NCBI RefSeq assembly: GCF_028641065.1
Contig: NC_073397.1
Coordinates: 38,192,001-38,256,000 of the forward strand
Origin: Leucoraja erinacea
Taxonomy: Eukaryota
Length of the DNA stretch: 64,000 nucleotides
Reading direction: 5' to 3'
The position numbers and the translations under genes were made by a program. The notes beneath the pieces were generated by a model. The model did not search any database. It had not been told where the DNA came from and saw nothing but the letters and a program-made list of their open reading frames with translations. Below are positions 11,673 through 25,071 of this stretch, piece by piece (the stretch's first letter is position 1; every line of letters begins with the position of its first letter).

Positions 11673-13814
11673 CTTTTATTTCCAATGATGTGAAATCCCA
11701 AAGTGTGAGTTTCCACCGGCTCTGCCTCAACTCTAATATTGTAAAGACCTGTGTATTTCCCGTTTAATATTTCCGCCTCGACTCCCAGAGTAGTGAGTGG
11801 ACACAAGAATGCTCAGATATGAAGAGAGTTGCTGACCAGTATTTCATCACCGTGCTCATTGACACGAGGTGGAGACCTTGCATGGTCCTTGTTGCAACAG
11901 AGCAGCTGGTCTTAGCATCAACTGATAATGCTGACCTTGAAATAAGAAAAAGGATAAAACAGGCAGGTTCTTGGCTCCTGGATGCCATCTGGTGACCTTC
12001 TGCTGGGAACTGTGCCCGTGTGAATATGTGTAACTCAAGACACTAAGCCTACCCGACTAGACAATGTTTTCTTAATCTACTTGGCTCCATGCCACACCAT
12101 ACTACACAGCTCACTCACTGGGCTAAAGGAGATTCAATTCTCCACCCTGTTATTATTGGTGCTTATTTCCCTCTTGCGTGGCAGATGAGGATATGACTGT
12201 GTGGCTCGCAGAGAGCAGAGTCTTGCTGGGGAATGTTTGCAGACACGCCTATGGCTCGGAATGATTCAGCCTGGCGGTGGTAGCGGAAGCTGCAATGTGT
12301 CAACCAGCGAATGATCAGTGGAACAAAGATCTGGTCCTTCTGCAGATGTGACAAAGAAGGCAGGGGACATTTTGTGGCTCAAGTTACAAGGTCTATAAAT
12401 TAAACAAAATAATCATGAGGTCTTTACATCTGAAGCATTAAAGGTTAATTGTTGAAACAAGAAGCTACAGATGCTGGTTTACAAGATCTGCAGTTAATGG
12501 TGAATTGTCTGTCCATCAAACATCTCATTCATTGGTGGCTGGCATTCGTCAAACTGAGAGCAAAGCTGAATGTTGATAACGTTAGTGCAGGTCTTTGGTG
12601 ATTGTAAGTCACATGATCAGCCTTCTGCCATCCAGCGGTTCAGAAACATCTGTAAATGGCAGGAACTGCCGAAGATGATTTGTTTTCCATTCCGGGAATA
12701 TTTGGATAAGATGCAGTCTCTTCATTATTCGCAATGTTCACCCGGCTGGAACGGGCAGCTCTTTCCCGCACCTTCATGTTGAATTCATTGTAAACAGCAC
12801 AAAGCAAAAAGCACAACATGTTCTTTGTTGTGATAATCCTGAAAGCGATCTATTGTGTCTGTAATTTTTATTAACTGATTTTTAAAGGGATAGGGGTTAT
12901 TTCTGGCCCATGATGTGTGTTTCTGTTACTATCAGTGATGGATAAGAGTTGGTCATTTGGCTTCATCACAGCTCATTGGATTGTAGCAAATCGTTGAGAT
13001 ATTTCCACATCCGGCACTATTCTAATTTTAAAATGCTTATCACCAAGGAAACTGGTGGAAAATATCCCAAACTGCAGGCTCTCTCTTCCCACAGATTATT
13101 CAGAAGATTTTCATGCCTTAATAAAAACAACAGTACACAGCAGCCAATTATTTATTAAGGAACTAAATTAGAATAATTACTTATTATTCTGATTTCAAAA
13201 CAGTTGTGGAAGCTGCCAGAATTAATCCAGAATACATTTACAGATTGTACCATTATACTTAAATTAAAGCACTGAATATATTCATTACCAAGCAGTTAAT
13301 ATTGTGAGAAATCATCTTGCAAATAAATCAAGTAGAGAAACAATTTCAGAATGTAATGACCTTCATGTGAATGATTACGCAGACAATGTGAAGTTCAGCC
13401 AGTTATAGATATCATTGCAATTCTTTCAGCTTGCTGCACCGTCTAACTAACACTGTCTCCCTGTTTTCCCATCCTCCAGGGCCATTGCCTGCTATGTTTC
13501 CTTCACAATGCCTTGCCAAGGTTTTTGGAGCCCCTTCCTGTCACAACAGGAATCAAGCACCAAGCTGACATGCCGATGAAATCAGTTGCCCACCTGCTCA
13601 CCGCTCGCCCATGTTTAACTCTTGACCATCCCTGGGTGACAGATGTCCATTTGTCAACTCTGTCCGTAATTCAGGAAAGACACAAAAATCTCTCCATACG
13701 ACCACTCCACCTTCACAGTAAAATGAATGGCATCAAAAGTACATAAATTAACAAGAGTGGAGAGAGGAAACTAGTTCTGACGTTCAGAGGAATGGATGCC
13801 GGTCCGTTGGGCCA

Positions 13815-14735
13815 ATAGACAATAGGCAATAGGTGCAGGAGTCGAGGCCATTCAGCCCTTCGAGCCAGCACCGCCATTCAATGTGATCATGGCTGATCAT
13901 CCCCAATCAGTACCCCGTTCTTGCTTTTTCCCCATATCCCCTGACTCTGCTATTTTTAAGAGCCCAATCTAGCTCTCTCTTGAAAGCAGCCAGAGAACCT
14001 GCCTCCACCGCCCTCTGAGGCAGAGAATTCCACAGACTCACAACTCTCTGTGAGAAAAAGTGTTTCCTCGTCTCCGTTCTAGATGGCTTACTCCTTATTC
14101 TTAAACTGGCCCCTGGTTCTGGACTCCATCAACATCGGAAACATGTTTCCTGCCTCTAGCGTGTCCAAAACCTTAAACAATCTTATATGTTTCGTTGAGA
14201 TGCCCTCTCATCCTTCTAAATTCCAGAGTGTACAAGCCCAGCTGCTCCATTCTCTCAGCATATGACAGTCCTGCCATTCCCGGGAATTAACTTTGTAAAC
14301 CTACGCTAGGCTCCCTCAATAGCAAGAATGTCCTTCCTCAAATGTGGAGACCAAAACTGCACACAATACTCCAGGTGTGGTCTCACTAGGGCTCTGCACA
14401 ACTGCAGAAGGACATCTTTGCTCCTATATTCGATTCCTCATTTTATAAAGGCCAACATGCCATTCGCTTTCTTCACTGCCTGCTATACCTGCATGATTAC
14501 TTTCATATACTAATGAACAAGGACCCCCAGATTCCATTGTACTTCCCCTTTTCCCAACTTGATGCCATTTAGATAGTAATCTGCCTTCCTGTTTTTGCTA
14601 CCAAAGTGGATAACCTCACATTTATCCGCATTAAACATCATCTGCCATGCATCTGCCCACTCCCCCAACCTGTCCAAGTCACCCTGCATTCTCATAGCAT
14701 CCTCCTCACAGTTCACACTGCCACCCAGCTTTGTG
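13815..14735 (-). mobile_element. 5'-truncated CR1 LINE
   Basis: Minus-strand RT C-terminus (QGDLDRLGEWADAWQMMFNADKCEVIHFG) plus CR1 3' UTR. Confidence 0.9.
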
Positions 14736-14864
14736 GGTCAAGGGCGACGGTGGGTCAAGGGCGACCGTGGGTCAAGGGTGACCGTGGGTCAAGGGTGACC
14801 GTGGGTCAAGGGTGAACATGCCCATTCACCCGGTACTACCCGGGTATTACCCGGTACTACCCGG
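14733..14864. repeat. 5 x 17-bp tandem repeat (GTGGGTCAAGGGYGACC) followed by a 10-bp repeat (CCGGTACTAC)
   Basis: Read directly: 14733-14817 and ~14828-14864. Confidence 0.9.
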
Positions 14865-15269
14865 CATTTTAGCACAATCATTATTGTTATTTAGTGCAGG
14901 TTTGTGAAAGGACCCTTGTGGCTTCTGTAGCTGTTCCTCTCCCTAAGATTTCCCAGTTACTCCAAGGACGAATAGAAGTATTTTCTACAGTGAGCTGATT
15001 TTCTTAAAAATGATGGCCAAATAACAATCAGGCAATTAACAGATTTGCCTCATCTTTACGCTTGGTGTCCTGTCCGATTTTCTGGCTGAGTTTTGAATGC
15101 CTACCCAAAGGTTCCAATTAATAATTATATAGTAGATGACATATTATTCAGATTGCAAACTAATGTAATGGAATAACCCATGTAAAATAGTAATTTGTAG
15201 CTTTTCATTGGTGCTGCTTTTAAAACTGGATGTGAAGGAAACCATATTAGTTTCCTCCTTGCAATGAAG

Positions 15270-15440
15270 CCAAGACAAGTTCATGGATCCTTGGTTTGCC
15301 GTCTTGAAGTCAACAACCAGCTCCTTGGTCTTGCTGCACTGAGCAAGATAATCGTTCTTGCACCATTCTGTCCCTCTCCTGTACTGACTCATCATTACCC
15401 ATTGTTCATCCAACACCAGTGATATGATCGGCAAATTTAA
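15270..15440 (-). mobile_element. Rex/Babar-type LINE fragment
   Basis: KTKELVVDF motif on the minus strand. Confidence 0.6.
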
Positions 15441-15774
15441 AAAGCATTTCTGCTTTTCTCCAGCTTCCCACTGATTGTCTCGGCAGTAATTCCTCAACCA
15501 GGGCATCGTCCGTAATTACTAGAACATTAGGTTGGTCTTGTTGAGGATATTAAATCCAGGCATCTTCCAAAAAGTTATTTTCAACCTTTGCTGCAACTTC
15601 AGAAAGCTCTATTTCTTGATTACATGTCACTTACATACACATGTCATCATATTGGACGTGTTGCTAGGAGACGTCTATGTTCTGTGCGCAGAATATAATG
15701 CATCTGTGGGTGTAAATGTAAAATAACTACAAATAATTTCACTTGTATCTGTAATACTGGTTTAAACAAAAAAA

Positions 15775-16050
15775 TACATTGTGCTGAAGTAACTCAGCAG
15801 GTCAGGGAACAACCGATACTGCCCGATCCACTGAGTTACTCCAGCACTTTGTGTCTTTTTTTGTATAAACCAGCATCTGCAGTTCCTTGTATCTCCTTTC
15901 TACTGCTCTACTGCAAACGTTCCTCAAGGTTTGCCTACTTTGAAGTAGTTCTCTGAAGAAAGGTCCTGACCTGAAACATCACCTGTCCTCCAATGATACT
16001 GCCTGAGCCGCTGAATTACTACAGGACTTTATGCCCTTTTTTGCATCTGT
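15775..16050. mobile_element. Two Penelope-derived short element fragments
   Basis: gagttactccagcactttgtgtc...ccagcatctgcagttcc, then ctgaagaaaggtcctgacctgaaacatc. Confidence 0.7.
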
Positions 16051-16232
16051 AATTGTTTAGATTCCTATTCATTATTGTAACCTTATTCCTCATGCTCTGA
16101 ATGAGTAATGATCGTATCACGGTTGATCCTATTAAAATGTTAGAATAGAAATTCTATCTTATGTTGCACACTTTATTGAATTTTCCATGTCCATAATTCA
16201 GGTTGCCCAGTGGGTGTGTGTGCTGTGCACAT

Positions 16233-16713
16233 GTGGTCTGCAGTGGTTTGCAGCAGTTTGCATTGGTCTACAGTGGTCTGCAGTGGTATACAGTGGTATA
16301 CAGTGGTCTACAGTGGTCTAGAGAGGTCTACAGAAGTCTACAGTGGTCTACAGAGGTCTACAGTGGTCTAGTGGTCTACAGTGGTCTAGTGGTCTGCAGT
16401 GGTCTGCGATGGTGTGCAGTGGTCTACAGTGGTCTGCAGTGGTCTACAGTGGTATACAGTGGTCTACAGTGGTCTACAGAGGTCTACAGTGGTCTACAGA
16501 GCTCTACAGAGGTCTACAGTGGTCTAGTGGTCTGCAGTGGTCTGCGCAGTGGTGTGCAGTGGTCTGCAGTGGTCTACAGTGGTATACAGTGGTCTACAGA
16601 GGTCTACAGAGGTCTACAGAGGTCTACAGTGGTCTAGTGGTCTACAGTGGTCTAGTGGTCTGCAGTGGTCTATAGTGGTCTAGTGGTCTACAGTGGTCTA
16701 CAGTGGTGTGCAG
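16233..16713. repeat. 10-bp minisatellite (CAGTGGTCTA and variants)
   Basis: About 48 tandem units; explains the repetitive ORFs 16203-16675. Confidence 0.95.
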
Positions 16714-17824
16714 GTTGGAGACACATGACTGCACGTGCTGGAATCTAGAGCCAAAACAAAGTGCTGGTTGGACAAAAGCGTGGTTGGTGTTTCCAGTTGA
16801 GACTGACTATCCCCACTGCATTTTGCAAACTTTTTAATATGTTTACAGAAAAAAAACAATTGCAGAAACATGAATGTAACTTTTATCAGTCACACTGCAT
16901 GTGATATACTTTGAGAAGCTATGGAAACCAAACATAGCACTACCATGATCTGACTATAATAATGTGTGAAGGCACCAATTGTTTCAGAACAATTACTGTA
17001 ATGTCATGTGTGGGAAGGAACTGCAGATGCTGGCATAAACCGAAGATAGACACAAAAAGCTGGAGTGTCCCGCTGAGTTCCTCCAGTTTACTGTAACGTC
17101 ATTGTGGATTAACACCAATTAGCACGTGTGCTGACAGCACATATGACAATATTATTGCATTACACACGTGTATGTTTTCCCTGTGGATTTACCTACATAT
17201 ACAACCCAATGCAGATAATACAATTCTCAAGATTACTGGAAGTGCACGCTGATATCTGTCGGCAGGTAACATGCATTACATATTGTTGGTGCAAGATTGT
17301 ATTACATAAAACAACGACCTCCAATACAGGGGTGTAACCGGGGAAGGATACCGATGACAAGGAGGTGCCTGCCTGTAACTCAGTCATTGTTGGAGAGTTA
17401 AAGCCCCATAAATTCCTCGCAGATGGTCCGGATGTTTCTGGCTGCAAGAGACTTCTGACAGCACCATGTCCAATCATCTGGTAATGAAGCATCATCTGTC
17501 ACTTGGCCTGAATCAGCTCCACTGTTTGGTCAAGTTTGTTCCCGTTGAGAAATCTCATTTAAAACATCCCCCCAAGGGCACATTGTTCGCACTCAATCCT
17601 TCCTTACACAAGCTCCCAAATAATTATTTATCTGTGTGATCATGCAGGTGGCTCAGCATTCCTGATCCTGGTGTCATGTTCAAGACAATTTGACCCACTG
17701 GCCCACACTGTCCATCATACAACCTCATTCTTTCCATCTTTTAATTATATTAAACGTATAATATTAACCTTTAATATTATACATAAACTTATTAAAATTA
17801 AATTGTCAAATTAATTGTCATACT

Positions 17825-18012
17825 TGGCTGTGGAGGCCAAGTCATTTGGTATTTTTAAGGCAGTGATTGACAGATCCTTGATAAGTAAGGGTGTTGAGGA
17901 TTAGGGGGAGAAGACAGGAGAATGTGGTTGAGAGGGAAAGATAGATCACCCATGATTGAATGGCAAAGTAGACTCGATGGGCCGAATGGACTAATTCTGT
18001 TTCTATGACATG
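17825..18012 (+). mobile_element. CR1 3' end fragment
   Basis: gctgtggaggccaagtc...gatgggccgaatgg...ttctatg. Confidence 0.7.
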
Positions 18013-18182
18013 AAACTGTAATTTTCAATATTATTCAAGAAATATAAATAATAAACATGATTGGAGTGGCACAAAAGTATCAACATTAATTATATTTTAC
18101 ACGTACAATCATTGTGTAGATTAAACAACACTAAATAAACATGTTAAAATATTAAAAGTTGCTGCCTCCTCGATATCATGCA

Positions 18183-18313
18183 TCTGAAGAAGGGTCTCGA
18201 CCCAAAACATCACCCATTCCTTCTCTCCAGAAGTGCTGCCCGTCCCACTGAGCTACTCTAGCTTTTTGTGTCTATCTTCGGTTTAAACTAGCATCTGCAG
18301 TTCCTACTTACAT
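18183..18313 (+). mobile_element. Penelope-derived short element
   Basis: ctgaagaagggtctcgacccaaaacatcaccc...gcatctgcagttcc. Confidence 0.8.
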
Positions 18314-19979
18314 GTTGATCTTCAATTGTTTTATCATTAAAGTGTGGATTGTACAACAATTGTTCACTACAATCTACATCAACCATGTAAAGGGTTTTAC
18401 AGTATTTACTATCAATAGCCTCTCATCTTTCTCATCACTTTATGCAGTTTCCAGCTTTATATTTATTTCCTTTGGCCACGGGTGCATGGCCTGTGTTCTT
18501 GTGCGATGTCTCCCACAGAGACACTCTCTCCGGGAACGCACATGCCACATGGCTTTGACTGGAATAGACCAAGTCTATGATCTCCTCGGTGCCATGGAAA
18601 CAGCATTTCCTGCAGTCAGGTCTTGCATGTTTTTGGTCACCAGAGGAAAGGCACAAATTGTATTTACAGGCGTGAAACAGGCTGCAGCTAAATACATCGA
18701 CACAGTAATGAAATGAAAATAATTTTACAATTAAAAATGTTTCAGCTGTGAAAGCTAACCTATTTTAAAATCGACTGAAATGGAGCTCAAATTTTCATTC
18801 CAACACGGATTACTTGTTCTACTCCCATGAATCAAATGCATTTAACCAATAGCTCAAAATTAATATTTCCTTGACAAAATTAAAACTGCTGATATTCCTT
18901 CCACAGCCAAAGAGAGAATATTCTCTTTATGAGAATAAACCAATAAAGAACAACAACACAGTTATTGGACAAATATTTAATATTTAAATATAGAGATTGA
19001 TCCTTTCCCTGTTCTTTGTCTCTGTGTTGCAGTCACGCCCTTTTGGTGTAGAGCCTTGTTGGGGCATTGCCAGAATGTGTTCCCTGGAGCAGCATCTGGT
19101 GCCAGAGCTGGGTTCTAAACCACAATCTTGCCATTGATTAAGAATACATTTTGGGAAAGCAGTGTCGACAGTTACCAGAAACCTGGTAACAGTCAAGTGA
19201 CAGACCAAACAACCGAGTGATCCTCCAAACTGAGACACAACCATTTGATGAACTCATTTATTTATGGGTAGAGCTCCATTATGTTTTATTTATTATTATC
19301 CATTACTTATTATTTATGGGTACAGATCCCCTCCAGTCAAAATAAAAACAAGTATGTGACCATCAGATTTGCATTAGATTCTCAAGGAGTCTAAACGCAA
19401 ACAAAAGAATGAAAATCAATGATCATTTTCTATTGTCTTGGGATTCCTGTTGAGAATCTACTATCTATTCTGGGTTCTCAACAAGGAGAGAATGGGAATG
19501 CATCTGGAACTGGAGGACTTGGGGTGACAGACAAAAGGTTCTTTACTTACTCTCACATAGAGAAATTGCAGTAGGACGTGGATTGCTTGGCCAAGTGGAC
19601 TGAGGAATGGTTGATGGAATGTAATACAGAGAAATGTGAGGTGTTGCATTTAACATGGGCAGGACAGACAGTGATGAATAATCATTTAGTGTTTCAGAAG
19701 AGAGAGGCTGGGTTTCGAGGGAACTGTGGGGCCGCAGACTGACTGATCGAAGTTGTTAAGTTTGTGAACTTGACAAACAAGATCCTGTGGACCATTGCTG
19801 AACGTGAAGCATAAATGTGGCTGTGAGGTAAATCCTGGAAAGTTGATTGGAATATGAGGAGAATAAATGTGGTTAGTGTAAGTTGGTGTTAATAGTTGGT
19901 GTAGCCCCCAGGGCTGATGGCTCTGTTTCTGAGAGGAAATAGGAAACTAGAGGCCAATTATAAAAATGTAAAATGCGGA

Positions 19980-21112
19980 GAATAGACAACAGACAATAGG
20001 TGCAGGAGTAGGCCATTCGGCCCTTCGAGCCAGCACCGCCATTCAATGTGATCATGGCTGATCATCCCCAATCAGTACCATGTTCCTGCCTTCTCCCCAT
20101 ATCCCCTGACTCTGCTATTTTTAAGAGCCCCATCCAGCTCTCTCTTGAAAGCATCCAGAGAACCCACCTCCACCGCCCTCTGAGGCAGAGAATTCCACAG
20201 ACTCACCATTCTCTGTGAGAAAATGTGTTTCCTCGTCTACGTTCTAAATGGCTTATTCCTTATTCTTAAACTGTGGCCCCTGGTTCTGGGCTCCCCCAAC
20301 ATCGGGAACATGTTTCCTGCCCCTAGTGTGTCCAAACCCTTAACAATCTTATATGTTTCAATGAGATATCCTCTCATCCTTCTAAACTCCAGAGTGTACA
20401 AGCCCAGCTGCTCCATTCTCTCAGCATATGACAGTCCCGCCATCCCGGTAATTAACCTTGTAAACCTACGCTGCACTCCCTCAATAGCAAGAATGTCCTT
20501 CCTCAAATTAGGGGACCAAAACTGCACACAATACTCCAGGTGTGGTCTCACTAGGGCTCTGTACAACTGCAGAAGGATTTCTTTGTTCCTATATTTGATT
20601 CCTCTTGTTATAAAGGCCAACATGCCATTCGCTTTCTGCCAACTGCCTGCTGTACCTGCATGCTTACTTTCCTTCGCTCCATAGATGCTGCTGCACCCGC
20701 TGAGTTTCTCCGGCATTTTTGTGTACCTTGCTTACTTTCATAGACTGATGAACAAGGACCCCCCAGATCCCGTTGTACTTCCCCTTTTCCCAACTTGACG
20801 CCATTTAGATAGTAATCTGCCTCCCTGTTTTTGCTACCAAAATGGATAACCTCACATTTATCCACATTAAACTTAATCTGCCATGCATCTGCCCACTCCC
20901 CCAAGTTGTCCAAGTCACCCTGCATTCTCATAGCATCCTCCTCACAGTTCACACTGCCACCCAGCTTTGTGTCATCTGCAAATTTGCTAATGTTACTTTG
21001 AATCCCTTCATCCAAATCATTGATATATATTGCAAATAGCTGCGGTCCCAGCACCGAACCTTGCGGTACCCCACTAGTCACTGCCTGCCATTCTGACGGG
21101 ACCCGTTAATCC
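19980..21112 (-). mobile_element. 5'-truncated CR1 LINE interrupted by a 57-bp Penelope-derived insert (20672-20728)
   Basis: TSGVPQGSVLGP and SKFADDTK RT motifs; insert flanked by the 11-bp duplication tgcttactttc. Confidence 0.92.
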
Positions 21113-22564
21113 TAATTAGTTAGAGAAGCCCCAGTTAGAGAAAAGGTAGATGAAGTCTATGCTGCAACTGTGTGCAGAAACTGAGAGATGTGACAGATGT
21201 CAGCAGTGGCCTGGAATGATTAGCTGGGAAGCAGACGGGCACGTTCATAAATAAGGCTGATTTAAAGTCACAAATCTCCATTTGGATAAAGAAAGTTTGT
21301 CCTTTAAACAGCAGGGTTGAAGGTAACAGGGTTAGTAAAGCTAGTTTGTTCTGTGACATGTTGTTTTACTGATCAGCAAGTTTTAAAATCACACTGACGG
21401 TGATGTTTGCAAATCCCATCATTTGGAAAAATAATGGTGTGTGGACAAACAATATCTTTCTGAAAGGTCAATAATCAAGTTCCTCAAAAGACTCTGAGAC
21501 AGTCAGAAAGATTGATTTCTGCTTCAGTTGATTTTCAGCTGCAATGTTTTGTTTTGTGACTGCAGAAAGAAATTTCTCAGCCAAAGAATGCATCAAAGAA
21601 TGTAAGCCAGAGAAGCAAGTGGGCAGGAAAATGGCAGATGACATTCTAAGTGGAAAATCTTTACTTAAGCATTTTAGTTGGAACAAAAAGCTGAATTATT
21701 TTTAAATATTGATGTACAGTGAGATCTTGCTATCTGGAATACAACAGATAGAATGTTCCTGAGATTCTCTGTGATACCTCCGAGTAATGCTGCAGTTGTG
21801 CGCAACAAAGGGCAAGAAAGGGTAAAGTTGCCATGGAGCGAGTGCAACATAGGTTCACAAGATCAACCTTTTGGGATAACACAGTTGGCTTTTAAGTGAG
21901 AATAAAAAAGATTGAAGTATGCTTTGTGGTGCTTAGAAAAAAGTGAGGTCATTTCATAATGATGTACAGTATTCTGACAGAGAGCGAAAGGATAGATGTC
22001 GAGGCAGTTTCATGGCGTTGGTTTAATTGTTTTAGAAAAAGAGTCACTCATTTAACTCTTAGATGGAGACATTTCATAACGCAGACCGCTGTCAATCATT
22101 AGAATTCTCCATCTCTCAGATGCTCAGTATTGACTGTGATCAATTGAATTTTGAATAAAAAGGAATTAGGGATATGAGAAGAAGGGGATTGGATGGAACC
22201 AGAACCATCCACCTTGATGTTTGCTCTCACCAGCACTGGTGCACTGTGACTGGCGGCTGTGTAATCTAAAGGAGGCATGGCAAGAATTTGCCCATGGCTT
22301 CTTCAGTAAACCACCTACAGCTGTAACATCTAGTGCCAAGATCGACAACCAGCTCCTGTCATATAGATTCCTGATTTGAAATCACAGTTTCCTCATCAAC
22401 ACAGGATCTAAATCATAGAATTTCCTACCCAGAAACAACATGGGAGTCCTCGTGGGACAATGGGAATGTGAATGATAAGATGGGATTACTATCGGATCTA
22501 TGTAAATAGGAGCTTAATGTGTATGAACCTTTCTGGGCCAGAGGGCCTGTTTCTATGTTATAAA

Positions 22565-22787
22565 ATGAACTGTAGATGCTGGTTTACACCAAAGATAGAC
22601 ACAAAATGCGAGAGTAACTCATAAGATCAGGCAGCATCTCTGGAGAAAATAAATAGGTGACGTTTCGGGTTGAGACCCTTCTTTAGACTGAACAGTCTGA
22701 AGAAGGGTCTCAACCCAAAACGTCACCTATTCCTTTTCTCCATAGATGCTGTCTGACCCACTGCGCTACTCAGTATTTTGTGTCTGT
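22565..22787. mobile_element. Fold-back (inverted pair) Penelope-derived element
   Basis: Arms inverted about cagactg-aa-cagtctg-like centre at ~22690. Confidence 0.85.
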
Positions 22788-23129
22788 TTCCATGTTATAT
22801 GGCTCCATCACTTGCCTAAAGGGCAGCACCTCTGACAGGGAATTGCTCCTTTACTATTACGCTGGAGTATTTTGGTTTAACTGTCACATGGACCAGGGTA
22901 CAGTGAAAAGCTTTGTTTTGCATGCTATTCAATTGGATGAGATGGGGTAGGGGTGAATGCTTGTACAGTACCTGACCTTATGTAAATACCGTTCAAAAAA
23001 CAGATAACCAATGCTCCTGAGTCTGGTGGTGCAAGCTTTCACCATTCTGTACCTTCAGCCAGATGGTAGCAGGGGGAAGAAGGAATGACCAAGGTGGGAC
23101 AAGTCTTTAATTATGATGGAAGTGCAAAT

Positions 23130-24133
23130 ACAATGTTACCATTCATTCCAAGAGTATTAGAATATCAAAGCAGGAATTAATGCTGAGGCTTGAGAAGGCA
23201 CTGGCCAGACCACATTTGGATTCTTGTGAGCAGTTTTGGGCACCATATCTGAGGAGGGATGTGCTAGTATTGGAGAGGGTCCAGGGGAGGTTTACAAGAA
23301 TGATCCTTGGGATAATTGGTTTAACATATGATACGTGTTTAACAGCACTTAGCCTGTACTTGCTGAGGATGAGGGGGAGCTCATAGAAACTTACCGAATA
23401 GTGAAAGGTCCGTGATAGTGGATGTGGAGAGGATGTTTCCATTAGTTGAAAAGTCTAGCACCAGAGGGCACAGCCTCAGAATAAACAGATATACCTTTAG
23501 AAAGGAAATGAGGAGACATTTCTTAAGCGAAGTGAGTAGAGGATTTGTGGAAATTGTTCCCACAGACAGCTATGGAGGCCAAGTCGTTGGGGATTTTTAA
23601 AATGGAGATTGTCAGCTTTTTGATTTTTAAGAATGTCAAAGGTTATGAAGAGAAGGCAGGAGAAGGCAGGAGAAGGCAGGAGAATGGGATAAATAGATCA
23701 GCCATAGTTAATTTTGGAGTAAACTTGATGGGCCAAATTGCCTAATTCCTTGGAGTGCAGAAGGCTGAGTGGTGATCTAACAGAGGTGTATACAATCCTG
23801 AGAGTAATAGACAGGGTGAATGCACAAATGATTTTACCCAGAGTAGGGGAATTCACAGCGGACAAGGGTTTTAGGTGCGAGGGGCAAGATTTAATAGGAT
23901 CCTAAAAGGCAACCTTTCACTCAGAGGGTGGTGGGTATATGGAACGAGCTGCCAGAGGAGGTAGTTGAGGCAGGTAATTTAACAACATTTGAAAAGCACT
24001 TGTATAGGTACATGGATAGGAAAGGTTCAGAGGGAAATGGGCCAAATGTGACCAGATGGGACAAGTGTAATTGGACCATCATGGTCAGCATAGACGAGTT
24101 GGCCTGAAAGCCTGTTTCCATGCTGCATGACTC
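23130..24133 (+). mobile_element. Two adjacent CR1 3' fragments of different subfamilies
   Basis: RPHLDSCEQFWAPYLRRD and TRGHSLRI motifs; second 3' end starts at ~23747. Confidence 0.8.
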
Positions 24134-24546
24134 CAGATGGAGTCAATGGTGGAAATTTGGTTTCTGTGATGGATTGAGCGACATCGACAATTCTTTGCAA
24201 TTTCTTGCAGTCTTGGGCAGAGCTATTCCCAAACCAAGCTGCGATACAACCGACAGTATGCTTTCTATGGTGCATCTATAGAGGTTTGTTAGAGTAATTG
24301 GAGACATGCTGAATGTCTCAGTGTCCTAAGGAAGTAGAGATGTTGGTATGCCTGCTTAGTTGTCGCATTAATGTGGCTGGTTCCAGCCAATCGCCAAGGA
24401 ATTTGAACCTCTTAAACTATTTTATCTTCTGCACCATTTATACCAATTGGGCCATAAACTTCACCATGCTTCCTGAAGTCAATAAGTAGATCCTTCATCG
24501 TGCTGACATTGAGGGAGGGTTTATTGTCCTGATGCCATGACACTAA

Positions 24547-24772
24547 TGCCCCTGTCCCACTTACGAAACCTGAACGGAAACCTCTGGAGACTTTGTGCCC
24601 CACCCAAGGTTTTCTTGCGGTTCCCAGAGGTTTTTGTCAGTCTCCCTACCTGCTTCCACTACCTGCAACCTCCGGCAACCACCTGCAACCTCCGGGAACC
24701 GCACAGAAACCTTGGGTGGGGCGCAAAGTCTCCAGAGGTTTCCGTTCAGGTTTCCTAAGTGGGACAGGGGCA
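24547..24772. mobile_element. PIF/Harbinger-type MITE, 226 bp
   Basis: TAA target duplication (24544-24546, 24773-24775); TIR TGCCCCTGTCCCAC with inverted arms of ~80 bp. Confidence 0.9.
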
Positions 24773-25071
24773 TAAGTTCTCTATCTCCTTCCTGCACTCT
24801 GTTTCAACATTGTTTGTGTGATTCAACCCACCACAGTAGTGTCATCTGCAAACTTATAGATAATGTGAGAGCTGAATTTGGCTGTATAGTCGTGAGTGTA
24901 CAGGGAGCATTGTAGGGGTCTGAGCAGGCATCCTTGCCGGTCACCTGTGTAGAGAACGATTATGGAGGAAGTATTGTAATCACCTATGCTTCCTGATTGT
25001 CAGAACATTGAGGATTCAATGGCGGCGACTTGAGCTGATTCCTGGATCCTGGAGTTTGGAGATGAGTTAAT

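Larger units (their letters stand above)
22880..25070 (-). mobile_element. Rex/Babar-type LINE interrupted by CR1 copies and a MITE
   Basis: Minus strand IIKDLSHLGHSFFPLLPSG (23.1 kb) continues into GCIAAWFGNSSAQDCKKLQRIV (24.2 kb) and LNVSTMKDLLIDFRK (24.5 kb). Confidence 0.75.

Noticed and set aside
16203-16675. Repetitive ORFs (VYSGLQWST)
   Set aside because: Product of the 10-bp minisatellite; no splice or homology support
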